DNA of 64,000 nucleotides. It comes from Takakia lepidozioides (taxonomy: Eukaryota > Plantae > Bryophyta). Below are positions 21,101 through 32,713 of the stretch, in pieces. The notes beneath the pieces are model-generated. The model saw nothing but the letters and a program-made list of their open reading frames with translations, was not told where the DNA came from and searched no databases. Where the stretch lies: NCBI GenBank assembly GCA_030704615.1, contig CM060731.1, positions 7,006,001 to 7,070,000 on the forward strand, given 5' to 3'. The translations under genes and the position numbers were made by a program. The first letter of the stretch is position 1. Each line of letters opens with the position of its first letter.

Positions 21101-23271
21101 GCTATTGCTAGGAAGGAACTTCAGTGCATTGAAACCTCACCTTCTCTTTCGCCTCCACACATGCCGTTGAGAGGTGATGCAGTTTCTCCAATTGCATGGT
21201 CGGCTGCATGGCCCGAGAATAGTGTTTTGCAATCTCGGGGATGAAGTCCTTTCCAAGTGCCGGATCTGCAATTGCCACCAGCTTCACAAGCTTTGACTTG
21301 TATTTGGTTCTGGACTTGACACCGGCTTCCTTCAAGTGCTCAGTCAATGACTGCAACGTTTTGACCTGCCCTCACTTTCCATGAAGAAGCGTTTGGCATG
21401 GGCCAAATCCAGCTTGATGTTTGACTGCCAACAAAAACATGCAGAAGCGTTACATTCGATTCATGTGGAAGATTACTGAAATTGGGGAAGGATGAGCAGA
21501 GGGAAATTGGAGGACGACTTACTTCGTATATCACCTCCACCATTCCATCCATAGTGAGACGATACCATGTCCGGTCTGTTTTTGCAACGGCTTTCTGAAT
21601 GAGCTCGGGCTCCAGCATTTCCGCAAACATCTGCGGATCAGTGAGACCAGTTTTCCTCACCCTGTACAGCATATGTGCCATGTGGGTATGCACGTACGCA
21701 TTCTCAGTGACCCTGCAAGGCACACTCTCCAGTTCAGTACACGGAAGCACGGAAACAAACCAGAATGGAAACCGAAATGCGGCACCGCATTTCGAACGTG
21801 CTAGGGAGGGTATGAGTATCTTACGAGTTGAGGTCCGCCATGGCATTCTTGAGCAGGGAGGAGTCTGCCGCCTTCACCTTCAGGATGACACACTCCACCA
21901 TGTAATGCCAGCCAATGTGCTTGGCATGGTTCTGCTTGATGTACTCCCACCAGGCGAGAAGTCGGTGATTCCCGTCCCACACAAAGAACATTTTACCCGA
22001 CATATGGCCGAAGTCTGGATCACCCTTCAGCGTCGCCTCGAATTCGTCGTTGCGAGTGTGCCAGTGGGTATCCCACGTTGACAATTCATCGGCAGTGGGT
22101 CCACGAGTTTCGCCGTCCTCATTCTCAATGGAAACGTAAAACGCTGCCGATCCCAGACGGTACCCTTCTCGAAATGCGAACTTGAGCTTATCCACATCTC
22201 CGGGAAGGGCCTGCCTGACGATGGGAAGGGAGACCATGCGACAGAGTGGGATTCGAAGAGTCCGCTGGAATACCCTGCTGCCCAGAACTCTGCCAATGCT
22301 ACTGTGTGTCTCCTCCAACATTTTATCCGCTGCACTTTTGAAATCCTCCGGAGACATGTCTGTAGGTGCCGGTAGTGGCTGAGCAGCTGGAGCATCCTCA
22401 ACTGGAGCTGCACTCTGGGGCCTGTGTGCGGGCAATTCTGCCATTGCAGAGGCCTCCTCCGGGCCTGCTTGCTCATCGGTGGTGAGGTCTGCTGCGAACG
22501 TTCAGCGGCAGCACCCTCCTCCGGTACCAAATCGAGATCAAAAACGGTCGATCCCATTGCCTTCGCTGCAGCAGAGTCGGCCCCAACATCTGCAGGCGGG
22601 AAATCCTCCAGGAACTGAGCTTCAGCTCGTGGAAGCGGTTTTGCGGGAGATTGTTCGGCCGTCCCGTCGCCCTGATTGCCTTCTGCTTCCTCATCCTTGC
22701 AGGTGAAGGTGTCTGCTGCAATTGAATCTGTCTTTTACCCTGCTGCTTCATTCGCGTTGGGGGGGGTGAATCGGCCTGAGCCGGTTCAGAAGCCAGTAGA
22801 GGGACGGGCTGCTTCTTCTTCTTCGACTTTGCTGGAGAAGGGCCCGACCCCTGCTGGCGATTCTCCATGACCGAAGAACGCGAGTCGATCTCTGGGGCTT
22901 GAACTTGCCCTTCGAAGCCGCGTCTTTGAATCGCACAGGGCTAGGCCCGGCAGGAATACCCGCGCTCGGGGATCGGGTGGGTGTACGTGCTGCAGCTAGC
23001 TCCTCGGACTCTTCCTGCGGCTCTTCGGATTCCTGCGATCCCTCCAGCACGTCCACCTTTCCTGTTAGGCATGCAAACATGTTCTGCATTCAAGTCTCCT
23101 AGCATTCAGTCTAAGAATTACAGAAGCAAAATGGGGGGTTCGGTGCTCGATCAGCTGCGCGCAGCCCGATCGCATGGAGCTCTCACTGGTGGCTGGGTTG
23201 CCTGAGTGGCCTGCTGCTCGGAGATGGCAATCTCCTCCTGTAGACGCATCTGCTTCCTCCTCCTTCGGCAT
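18144..23271 (-). pseudogene. Spliced ParB-domain + beta-class N6A/N4C DNA methyltransferase-like gene (element A)
   Basis: ParB/Srx motif FVWDGNHRLLAW (about 21955-21985); motif IV-like MIILDIPDG (about 19620-19645); motif X/I RSPAFIQTIMETCTDVEGTVLDLICGTG (about 19015-19100); RHLFAYEED; GT-AG introns; some frameshifts. Confidence 0.8.
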
Positions 23272-23703
23272 TGGCCTACGTCCGAAGTATAATTTCCGGA
23301 GCTTGCGACGAGGTCTCCTGTCTGGTGCACGAACTCCCCCCTCTCAGGTTCGAGCATAAGAAGAACAGAGAGAGGGAAAAGGGGCAAAGAGTGCAGATGG
23401 AAAGGGCGCGAGAGGGGTGACTGAGGAGACACGACAAAAGTAGATGAAACGGCGGTGATGCACCACTTGGGTTCGAAAGGGTTGGACGAAAGTGTCTCCT
23501 CGTGGAGTTTGCGTCATTACGAAATTCGAATCGTTCAGGGTACGCCTGCCGTCCGAAAAACAAACATCATTATCCAACGGTCAGGCCGCGCCGCCTCATG
23601 CCCCTTCAGTCAGATAGAGTGCCGACATGTGCAGCAATTCCGTTGCTCCACGTGTTCACATTTCAAGGCATTTCCGTCCCAGCGTCTGATGAGTTGGAGT
23701 GAA

Positions 23704-25050
23704 AATGCGAATGCGGCGCCGCATTTCCGTTAAGTACCATCACGAAGCTACACATCCGTACTTGTTGGAAGAAAATGCGGCACCGCATTTCCGTTCCACC
23801 TTCACATACCTTAGTTGTTGAACGGAAATACGGTGCCGCATTTCCGTCCCACAACTCCATGTATGAGATACAAAAGGGAAATGCGGCGCCGCATTTCGTT
23901 CTGGAATGTCGAAAGGTACGATTCGGACGGAATGAGGCACAACATTTCAGTTCCCGTGGTTCATGATTTCAATGTGAACGGAAATGCGGTACCGCATTTC
24001 CGTTCCCCCTTCACATACGTTAGTTGATGAACGGAAATGCCGTGCCACATTTCCGTTCGGGAAAGTATAGAGGTCTCACCTGGATAGAAATGCGGTGCCG
24101 CATTTCCGGTCTCGAAAGTTTGAAGGTCTCACATGGATGGAAATGCGGCACCACATTTCCGTAGCACAGCTCCAGGCCCCATATACAAACGGAAATGCGG
24201 CGCCGCATTTCCGTTCTAGAATGTCGGAAGGTGCGACTCGGATGAAATGCGGTGCCGCATTTCTGTTCCCGTTGCGCACGATTTTCAGTCAGACGGAAAT
24301 GCGGTACCGCATTTCCGTTCTGTAGAGTATTAACGTCTGACGCTGGCAGAAATGTTGTGCCGCATTTTCGTTCCACAGCTCCATGCCTCACATACAAACG
24401 GAAATGCGGCGCCGCATTTCCGTTTTGGAATGTCGGAAGGTGCGACTCCGACGGAAATGCGGTGCCCGCATTTCCGTTCTGGAAATGTTGGTAGGGTGCG
24501 ACTCGGATGGAAATGCGCTGGCCGCATTTCAGTTCCGATGGTTTTCACGATTTCGTCAGAACGGAAATGCGGTACCCGCATTTCCGTTCTGGATAGTATG
24601 ATGTCTCAGCGGTCGGAATTGCGCTGTCTTCAAGCTCGGAATCGCACTCGGCTCCATGCATCAGATACAAATGGAAATGCGGTGCCGCATTTCCGTTCTG
24701 GAATGTTGGGAAGTGCGACTCCGACAGAAATGCAGTGCCGCATTTCTGTTCCCGTTGTTCATAATTCTCAATCAGAACGGAATGCGGGTACCGCATTTCT
24801 CGTTCCCTTCACATACCGTGCTTGTTGGATGGAAATGCGGTACCACATTTCCTTATTGGAGAGTATGAATGTCTTTTAAGGACGGAAATTGTTGCAGCAT
24901 TTCTATCCCTCACTCATGCATCAGATACAAATGGAAATGCGGCGCCCGCATTTCCCGTCTGAATGTCGGAAAGTGCAACTCGGACGGAATGTTGTCCGGC
25001 ATTTCTGTTCCCTTGTTCATAATCTCATAGAAACGGAAATGCGTACCCGC
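23704..25050. repeat. Array of about 26 palindromes (AAC)GGAAATGCGGCGCCGCATTTCC(GTT), period mostly 52-53 bp, running into the gap
   Basis: Palindrome starts at 23824, 23877, 23929, 23980, 24033, 24086, 24139, 24191, 24243, 24295, 24348, 24400, 24453 and onward; spacers fall into a few recurring types. Confidence 0.93.
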
Positions 25051-25956
25051 NNNNNNNNNNNNNNNNNNNNNNNNNNNNNNNNNNNNNNNNNNNNNNNNNN
25101 NNNNNNNNNNNNNNNNNNNNNNNNNNNNNNNNNNNNNNNNNNNNNNNNNNNNNNNNNNNNNNNNNNNNNNNNNNNNNNNNNNNNNNNNNNNNNNNNNNNN
25201 NNNNNNNNNNNNNNNNNNNNNNNNNNNNNNNNNNNNNNNNNNNNNNNNNNNNNNNNNNNNNNNNNNNNNNNNNNNNNNNNNNNNNNNNNNNNNNNNNNNN
25301 NNNNNNNNNNNNNNNNNNNNNNNNNNNNNNNNNNNNNNNNNNNNNNNNNNNNNNNNNNNNNNNNNNNNNNNNNNNNNNNNNNNNNNNNNNNNNNNNNNNN
25401 NNNNNNNNNNNNNNNNNNNNNNNNNNNNNNNNNNNNNNNNNNNNNNNNNNNNNNNNNNNNNNNNNNNNNNNNNNNNNNNNNNNNNNNNNNNNNNNNNNNN
25501 NNNNNNNNNNNNNNNNNNNNNNNNNNNNNNNNNNNNNNNNNNNNNNNNNNATCCATCCTCCGGGGGAACAACCTTAGGCCTAGTCTTCGCCATCCGCAAC
25601 GAGCACACGACGCCGAAATACACAAAAGAAAAAGCAAGGAACAGAAGCCAAAGAAAACAAGGAAGAGCACACGGATTGCAACGAACAAAAGGAAACACAA
25701 GGCATAGACATCAAAGAGGATATGAGAAGAGCAGCTGAAAAACAACAACGAAGAGCCGCCACCGAAGAGTCGCTTCACGAGGAAGACATTCCAAACGTGC
25801 AATGTACCTAGGGGACCGGGCACGTGGGGGAGCAGGGGATCAGTCGATGGACATGTGGCGATAGCACCAGACTGGGGATCACTGATGCTGAGATCTGGGC
25901 GGTCATGAGGGGGAGCAGGCATGGGAGATGTGAAGGGGGAGCGAACCCCTAGGCAG

Positions 25957-26510
25957 TGTTACAACATGGGCATCATAGCAGGGGGACCAGACACGTGGGA
26001 GGATGTTAGTAGAGGGGAGCAGACATGTGCGGAGAGTACTGGTGTAACATGCATGGCGATTCTATGGTCAGGGAGGTGACACGTGGGCAGTGAATACAGG
26101 GGGAGCGGCGGGGGGGGACCAGACAGTGGGGGAGCAAAAACTGTTTGGGGACTTTGCAAGTGAGGGATTGATGGAGGGAGGCAACTCATGAGAGGAAGGG
26201 GACCAAAACTGCAGGGGCAGGGAACATGAGGAGAGACCGTTGTGTAGGACGAGTAAAACACCATGCTAGGTCGAAAAAGAAATCCCTATAAGTGCATGCA
26301 TTATGAGCTGGCCGGTATACAACCATCTTGGACTCTGCAACCTCCATCAATCCTATTCAGCTGCCCGATATGCAACCATGTTCAATTCTGCAACACACAA
26401 ATGTTTACATGTCAATCTAGCAAGGTAAGTAGTATGAAAAAAAAAACATGAAGTTGAGGCTGAAGTTTAATATGCGAAAGCTACTATAGTTACAGATCCT
26501 CCTCCCCCTG
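25957..26510 (-). mobile_element. Possible 3' LTR (25957-26494) with adjacent PPT of an unclassified LTR element
   Basis: TGTTAC...GTTACA ends; minus-strand AGGGGGAGGAGGATC abuts the TG. No partner LTR found. Confidence 0.35.
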
Positions 26511-26849
26511 CACATGGATTTGGTGTAGCCTACGCCAATCCTGTACTTCAGTTTTCAAACAAACAAAAAACAAACAAGAAAGAGGAAAAAAAGAAAGAAC
26601 AACAAAAGAAGAACAACAACAAGAAGAAGAGAAGAGAAAAAAACCCCATGTACGCATTGTATACAAGACGTTCGTCGCAAGAGAATCACAAACGCCGTAG
26701 AGCGCACACGATTCAGGCCATGTCAGGTCATCCCAAACCCGTCGAAGCGGGAGCACGAACAAGCACGACACATGGAAACCCTCAACCACGGAGATGTAGT
26801 ACCCTACCTCCACGACGAAGTGAACAGTACATGCAGGTCCACGTGGTGC

Positions 26850-29800
26850 GATATCCACCGTTGGAAATGGAAGGGATTGGGGGATCAAAGCAGGAGATCG
26901 GCGGCAAGACCAGGGAGGGGGATGGACGACCGGGGGAGCGCCATGCAGTGGACCATCGCGCAAAACAATCGGACGGCGGGGGGACGGCCACATGATGTTG
27001 AAGAGGGCCAAGGGGATCAGTCCTCGGGGGGAGCAGGGAATCGGGAACGGATCGACATTGGGGGTGCCACCACGTGGTCGAGGGGGATCGACAGGGCGGC
27101 GACCCGGGGGGGGGGGTGGTGTCGGGGTCGACGACGAGGGGACCGCGACGTGGCCCACGGGTCATGGAGGGCACCGTGGAGCACCACGTGACGGAAAATG
27201 CGGGGATGGGGATCAGTCCCCGAATTGGAGGAGGGGATCAACCGAGGCGGGGGGAGCGACAGTGCGGGGATTGCGCGCCTCTGACCGTTGGAGGGATTGA
27301 CGGTGGAGGGGATTGCGTCGTGGCGTGTCACTGTGAACGGCAATTGTCGCGGCCCTTTGCCTTGAGGGCAGGGGGTCAGGACACATGAGGGGCTGCCCCT
27401 GTGGTGGGGGCAGCGGCAGCGATAGGTATGGGGGGGGCTGAAGCACCCTTGAGTGCCCAAGGCACTCAAGGAGGCGGAGGCGCTCACTAGGTGGAGCCCC
27501 GCACACCGGGTTGCGGTGGGGGTGGCTCCACAAGGGGTGGTGGTAGCTTAGCGGGACTTAGTGGGGGTGGCATAGGACTCACCATGGGGGCGGAGACCTC
27601 GTGGTGGGAGTCGTGGGGAGTCTTGGGACTCATCACGGTCCATAGGGGCCGTGGTGAGTGGGCCAAGACTCACCGCGACTCATCACCGGGAGTCAAGGGT
27701 TTTCGTGGTGGTTCGCCATAAAATGGCATGGCTGGTTGTGAAACCCCCGCGGACAGCTACAGAAGTATATATAGGGAGTAGTAACCCCGAGAACGGTGCA
27801 AGCCCGTTGGTGACCAAAAACTAGTGAGTAAGCGAGCGAGCCGGAAAGCGACCAAAGAGTGGGGAGCTGTTCCGGACTGCCAACTACCAAAGGGAATTCC
27901 CGCTAGTTCCAAATCGGTGGAGGGTTATTTGGGAGCACAAAGGGGGACCGTTATGCCCCGGTGAGCAGCCGAAGCTCCAAGTTGGCCCGGCGGCCTGTTA
28001 GAGGACTGTCGGGGACTTAGACACTTATACGGGATCTGTAGGGTACCCTTAATTTTTGCACAGACTGAGACCAACAGGAGCCTTAGGGGTGACAGCAGCG
28101 CACTGTAGAGGGGGGTTACACAGCCCAACACAGCCCGTCACAGTCGTCACAGCCGACACAGCCATCCCAGCCGACACAGCCCGGCACAGCCGACACAGCC
28201 ACACAGCCAGTCACAGCCCGACACAGCCAAACACAGTCGCAGAGCCAGTCACAACCCGTCACAGTTTCACACAGCCAGTCACAGCTTGACACAGCTGTCA
28301 CGATCATAGGGAACGGAGAGCAGGACAGGGAACGACTGTGGGAAACAACACCTGCGAAGGGAACATGTTAGTTCACAGACGACGGTTAGTGAGGGAAACG
28401 GTTAGAACCACGGGTAGGAAGATAAAGGGAGAAGCGGGGAATTTTGGGGAGAATTCGGAGGAGGACTTCTTGGTCATGGAGGAGAGGGGATCGGGCAGAG
28501 ATGAAGAACGGAAGTGAAGATAGAGAGATGATGAGTAGATGCTTGATATATGCAAGGCTGTAATGATATTGTAGAGCAGATTAGAGACACAATGGCTTCG
28601 ACCTGATACCTGATAAATCATAATCGGATACTTTTACGATACAATCACACTGTGTAGAGAGATCTGAGTGAAGCTGTGGAATGAATGGATGAGTTGATGG
28701 AATCCAATAGATTGATAAAGCAAACTGATACTTAATTATCAATGGTAAGATAGCTAACATGAATGCCAAAAGGGAAACAAATAGGAAACACCCCCATGAT
28801 ACACTAGCTGTAGGTCATGACTGATTGTTCTGCGCGGGCTGAGTACTTAGAGATTTCCAACTCTTCTATCTTGGAGTTTCCGCCTCGAATAGCGAAGGGA
28901 TGGGTGAGTAAAAGCCGTGCGACACGGCCAGGTTGGGAGTCAGGCGCGCGCATCATACCGAGTAACTATGACTTGAGGGGGAGCTTACCGAAGTGAGGGG
29001 GAGTGGGGGATCACTCCCGCCGTGGACGGGGGATCAACCCAGTTGCGGGGGAACGGCTCCGATGGGATGAGGGCATCGATGGCGGGGGGAGCACATGTGG
29101 CGGTGGACGTGTCATCGGGCTTTCATCCGGCCGTCGTCCATCCACTGCGCGGGAGGATGGCGGGGGATGAGGGGCGGATGACACAGAAAATCCATTATTT
29201 TTAAGGTTGGATGGATGCGCAGGGGATCGACGACTCGGGGGAGCAGCACATGGCGGGCGACCTGGGTTGGGGGATCATTCCCGGTCTGGATGGGGGATCA
29301 ACCCAGGTCGGGGGGAGCGGCGACGTCTCGAGGGATCGCGCCGTGGATGGGAGGAGGGGATCACGGCGGGGGGAGCGCGCCACGTGCCGGCCGATGGGTG
29401 GAGGGGGATCAATCAACCGCATTGGACGGGGGATCAACCAAGGGGGGGGGGGGGGGGGGGGGGGGATCGGCGACGTCTCGGGGGATTGGGCGTCGATGGG
29501 AAGAGGGGATCGACGACGGGGGGGGAGCGGCACGTGGCTTGTCAGTGTCATCGGCCCTTCATCCGGCCGTCGTCGATATCCTCCTGCGTGGGAGGATGGC
29601 GGGGGGATGAGGGCCCCACGACCCACATCATCCATTGTTTGTGAGGTTGGATGGATGCGCAGGGGATCGACGGTTCAGGGGAGAGGCACGTGGCGCGATT
29701 AGGGGTGGGGGATCACTCCGGTCCGGAGGGGGGGTCAAGCCAGGTCGGGGGAGTGGCGACGTCTCGGGGGAGCGCGCCGTGGATGGGACGAGGGGACCGA

Positions 29801-30000
29801 CGGCGGGGGGAGCGCCATGTGGCGATGGATGCGTCATGGGGCCTTCATCCGGCCATCATCCATCCCCTGCCCGGGAGGATGGCGGGGGGGGCGGGTCAGC
29901 GGTCACGGGCGGGGACGGGGCAGCGGGCGGAGGGGTCGGAGGGGGGTGGGGGTGATTTGGTCCAGTTCGCCGACAAGGCTGCCGGAGCGGGAATTCCCCT
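26850..30000. repeat. GC-rich degenerate repetitive non-coding region (probably retroelement UTR), interrupted by a solo LTR
   Basis: Recurring GGGGATC motifs and duplicated blocks (e.g. 29203-29400 vs 29643-29830); ORFs are low-complexity. Confidence 0.5.
27996..28924 (+). mobile_element. Solo LTR of the Tat/Ogre-like Gypsy family
   Basis: TGTTA...CGACA ends; 5-bp TSD CGGCC on both sides; internal ACAGCC array; homologous to 60419-61296. Confidence 0.92.
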
Positions 30001-31138
30001 GGTGTACCTCGTGGGCCGCACCTATCTGCTCACACGCTTGCAATAAAATCAAGCCACATCCATATTGGGACCGCTCGTCTTCAAGGTGGAGGGATGGTGA
30101 AGTAGGGCTGGGGGCACTGGGATCATCATTGTGCTTCTCAACGGGACTCAATTTTATACGGGTTCAATACCTACAATCCGAAACTTGCAGTTTAGATATG
30201 TATTTCACTTTGCAACTGTATTTTTACAATCATTGTAGTATGTTGTAGGGTAATTCAGATATCTGCTTCACTGCTCTGCACTACTTGCACTGCACTATGT
30301 TGCAAGGTTTGTAACTCTTTTTGTTTTGTTTTGTTTTTTATTAAATTTTTAAGAAACAGGGGACGTGGTAACTCTTTCAACTCTTTATATTTGTCCGCAT
30401 GACCATCCACTATTTAATATATAAAGGTCCGCTGATTACAGTTACTATTATTGGGAAGTAATAGTAATGTGTTCTTCGAACTTCATACCGTCTTTTGATG
30501 GATATCATATACTCTCAATTGAATGGCAGAGAGTTGCAAGATTGAATTTATTTGTAATATTTTTCTGATCATCAAACCCACACAGAGCCAAGGAAGATAT
30601 GCTACTATCACTGCAGGTTACACCCCATTTCTACCTACTAAAAGTAGACCTCTCAAAATTCCTTCTTAAAGTTGCCTTTAGATTGGATGCAAGACAAGAG
30701 GCCAAAAACACAAAGACAACAATGAAGTGCCGTGGCTTCAGAGGCATAGGTGACTTTGTCTAGCATCGAGCAATGCCTCGTAATCGTTACAGATGTGAGA
30801 GTAGAAGTAATAGTTTCATAGAAGTACAGGAATAAACATTATAAATGTGACAGTAGAAGTACCAGTTTCTTATAAAGTACAGGATTATTTCACGAGACCA
30901 TAATCGATGCCCTGTACAGGACCAGACTTGAATCTGTGTCCTCTGGAAAGTCTTGTCTGTGCATAGTTTTGCATCTTGCTGCTCCTCATTTAGATTCCAA
31001 TTAGCAAATTGGGTGTTGCTAAAGTTGAAAAACCCTCCAGAAAGTTGCAAGAACAGGTAACTTCGAGAGCAGGCATGAGACAAAGTGCTAGAGCCATGGA
31101 GACCACATGACGCAAGATCACAAATCTTCCTTCAAATT

Positions 31139-32713
31139 TCATTGCCTCTCTCGTATCCTTGCAGTTAGAGGAGTCTTCATCACTGTTGTGAACTCTACCT
31201 TTTCCGTGAGATCGATGACCTCACCTGGCTTGGAGGGGCTCCATTCAAACGTCTGCACAAGACTGGCCAGAAGGAGCTGAGAATGTAGCAAACCCAGGTT
31301 TATGCCAGGGCAGATACGTCGGCCTGCCCCAAATGGAATCATCTTGATTTCTCTTGACCCAGTGATGTCAACCTCCATGTCCAAGAATCTCTCAGGCTTG
31401 AATTGCAAAGGATTTTCCCAAACTTGGGGATCTCTAGAGATGCTGGATATGTGTACCAAGATGGCTGCATGCGTGGGTATATCGTAACCAGCCAGCTTGG
31501 TTGGTTGTGTGACAGCATGAGGAAGGGTGAAATGACCCGGGGGATGCCTGCGTAATGCTTCTTTCACCACAGCTTGTAAGTAGGGCATGCTCTCGATGTC
31601 TGTCTCTCTGACAGCCCTTGACCCCGCAACAGTTGCAATTTCTTCATAGAGTTTTGTTTGCATCTCTGGATTGCTGATGAGATTGGCCATAGCCCACTCC
31701 ACTACATTTGCAGTGGTGTCGGTGCCTCCAATGACGAGCTCCGTGCATAAGGGCACAATGTCAGTGTTTGCCAGCTCGAACTCTTTCCCTGCAGCTGATT
31801 GTAAAGCCAGCAAGGAGTCTACATAGGAGTTTGCATCCGTGATCTTCCCGCTTTTCATCGTCTGTCTCCTCTCTTCGACCAAAGGCTGAAGCAGGCGGGC
31901 ACGCTCCTCCATAAACTTCTTCAATTTAGCCTCGAACAGCCACCGACGTCCTGGAATAAGGCGAAGAAGAGGGATGTGATCCTCGATCCGAATCCTCGCT
32001 TGCTGCAACCTCGGGCGCATCAGAGCATCAAACTTTTCCCTCAACGACTCGCTCGCTGCATCGCCAAAACAGATTCGCAGAAGGAGAAGCATGATTACCT
32101 TCCGACAAGTCGAGAGGACAGGGACTCCGGCCTGGTCATCCTTAGCAGCCTGGGATCGAAAATCACTAAGAAGACGCTCGACTGCCAGTTCTCTCCATTG
32201 TTTGTACGTAGAAACTCTTCCAGGACTCAAAACCTCCGTCACCATAGTCTTTCGAAGAGATCTCCAAAGGGGGCCATACAGCGCACTGTTCACCGTTCTG
32301 AAGTTATTTGTTAGCAGGCGTTGTGTCCGCCACATGGGACGAGATGCAAACACTGCGCCATGGTCAATCAAAGCAGCATGAGCCTCTTTACCTGCCGTTA
32401 TCACAATGAGGGGAGTCGACCCAACCCACACCTTCACCACTGGCCCATACTGCTTTCCCAGCTCCGCTGTCGCAGCTACGAAATTCTTGGACAGCTGCAG
32501 CATATTACCCACAATTGGCCATCCTCGGGGGCCTGGGGGTAACTTCAAGGAGGAGAAGCTCCATAATCTGTGACCCAACAGAGCTATGACTGCAACTGCC
32601 AGGAACGACCACAGCAGCCTCGTCGTTGCTGCATCACTAGTGCTCCCCGCCACACTGCTAGCGTTTGATGCTCCTGTACACAACCACACTCCTGTTCCTT
32701 CCCCGCTCTTCAT
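31139..32713 (-). CDS. Cytochrome P450, CYP71 clan, CYP77/CYP89-like; intronless, 524 aa
   Basis: Membrane anchor and LPPGP hinge; GGTDTT I-helix; EALRRHPPGHFTLPH; PERF; DITGSREIKMIPFGAGRRICPG heme motif. Confidence 0.95.
   Translation of the reverse strand: MKSGEGTGVWLCTGASNASSVAGSTSDAATTRLLWSFLAVAVIALLGHRLWSFSSLKLPPGPRGWPIVGNMLQLSKNFVAATAELGKQYGPVVKVWVGSTPLIVITAGKEAHAALIDHGAVFASRPMWRTQRLLTNNFRTVNSALYGPLWRSLRKTMVTEVLSPGRVSTYKQWRELAVERLLSDFRSQAAKDDQAGVPVLSTCRKVIMLLLLRICFGDAASESLREKFDALMRPRLQQARIRIEDHIPLLRLIPGRRWLFEAKLKKFMEERARLLQPLVEERRQTMKSGKITDANSYVDSLLALQSAAGKEFELANTDIVPLCTELVIGGTDTTANVVEWAMANLISNPEMQTKLYEEIATVAGSRAVRETDIESMPYLQAVVKEALRRHPPGHFTLPHAVTQPTKLAGYDIPTHAAILVHISSISRDPQVWENPLQFKPERFLDMEVDITGSREIKMIPFGAGRRICPGINLGLLHSQLLLASLVQTFEWSPSKPGEVIDLTEKVEFTTVMKTPLTARIRERQ

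Larger units (their letters stand above)
14822..25050 (-). mobile_element. Mutator-like element A (one end, ParB-MTase gene, palindrome arrays); other end lost in the gap
   Basis: Terminus ATGGGGGCTGCTATTTCATGAGCC resembles the element B terminus GCGGGGGGTGCTATTCCGTGAGCC. Same ParB-MTase gene in the same orientation relative to that end. No transposase or TSD visible. Confidence 0.7.

Noticed and set aside
18144-23271. Bacterial or phage contamination (ParB + MTase)
   Set aside because: GT-AG introns are shared between two homologs and the genes are embedded among plant transposons.
23704-25050. CRISPR array (palindromic repeat with constant-length spacers)
   Set aside because: Spacers recur in a few related types, repeats are degenerate, no cas genes are present, and the context is spliced eukaryotic DNA.
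24889-25922. Long ORFs spanning N runs (also 56366-57026)
   Set aside because: Artefacts of assembly gaps.
26490-30250. Many Gly/Pro/Arg-rich ORFs
   Set aside because: By-products of GC-rich repetitive sequence, with no domain motifs.
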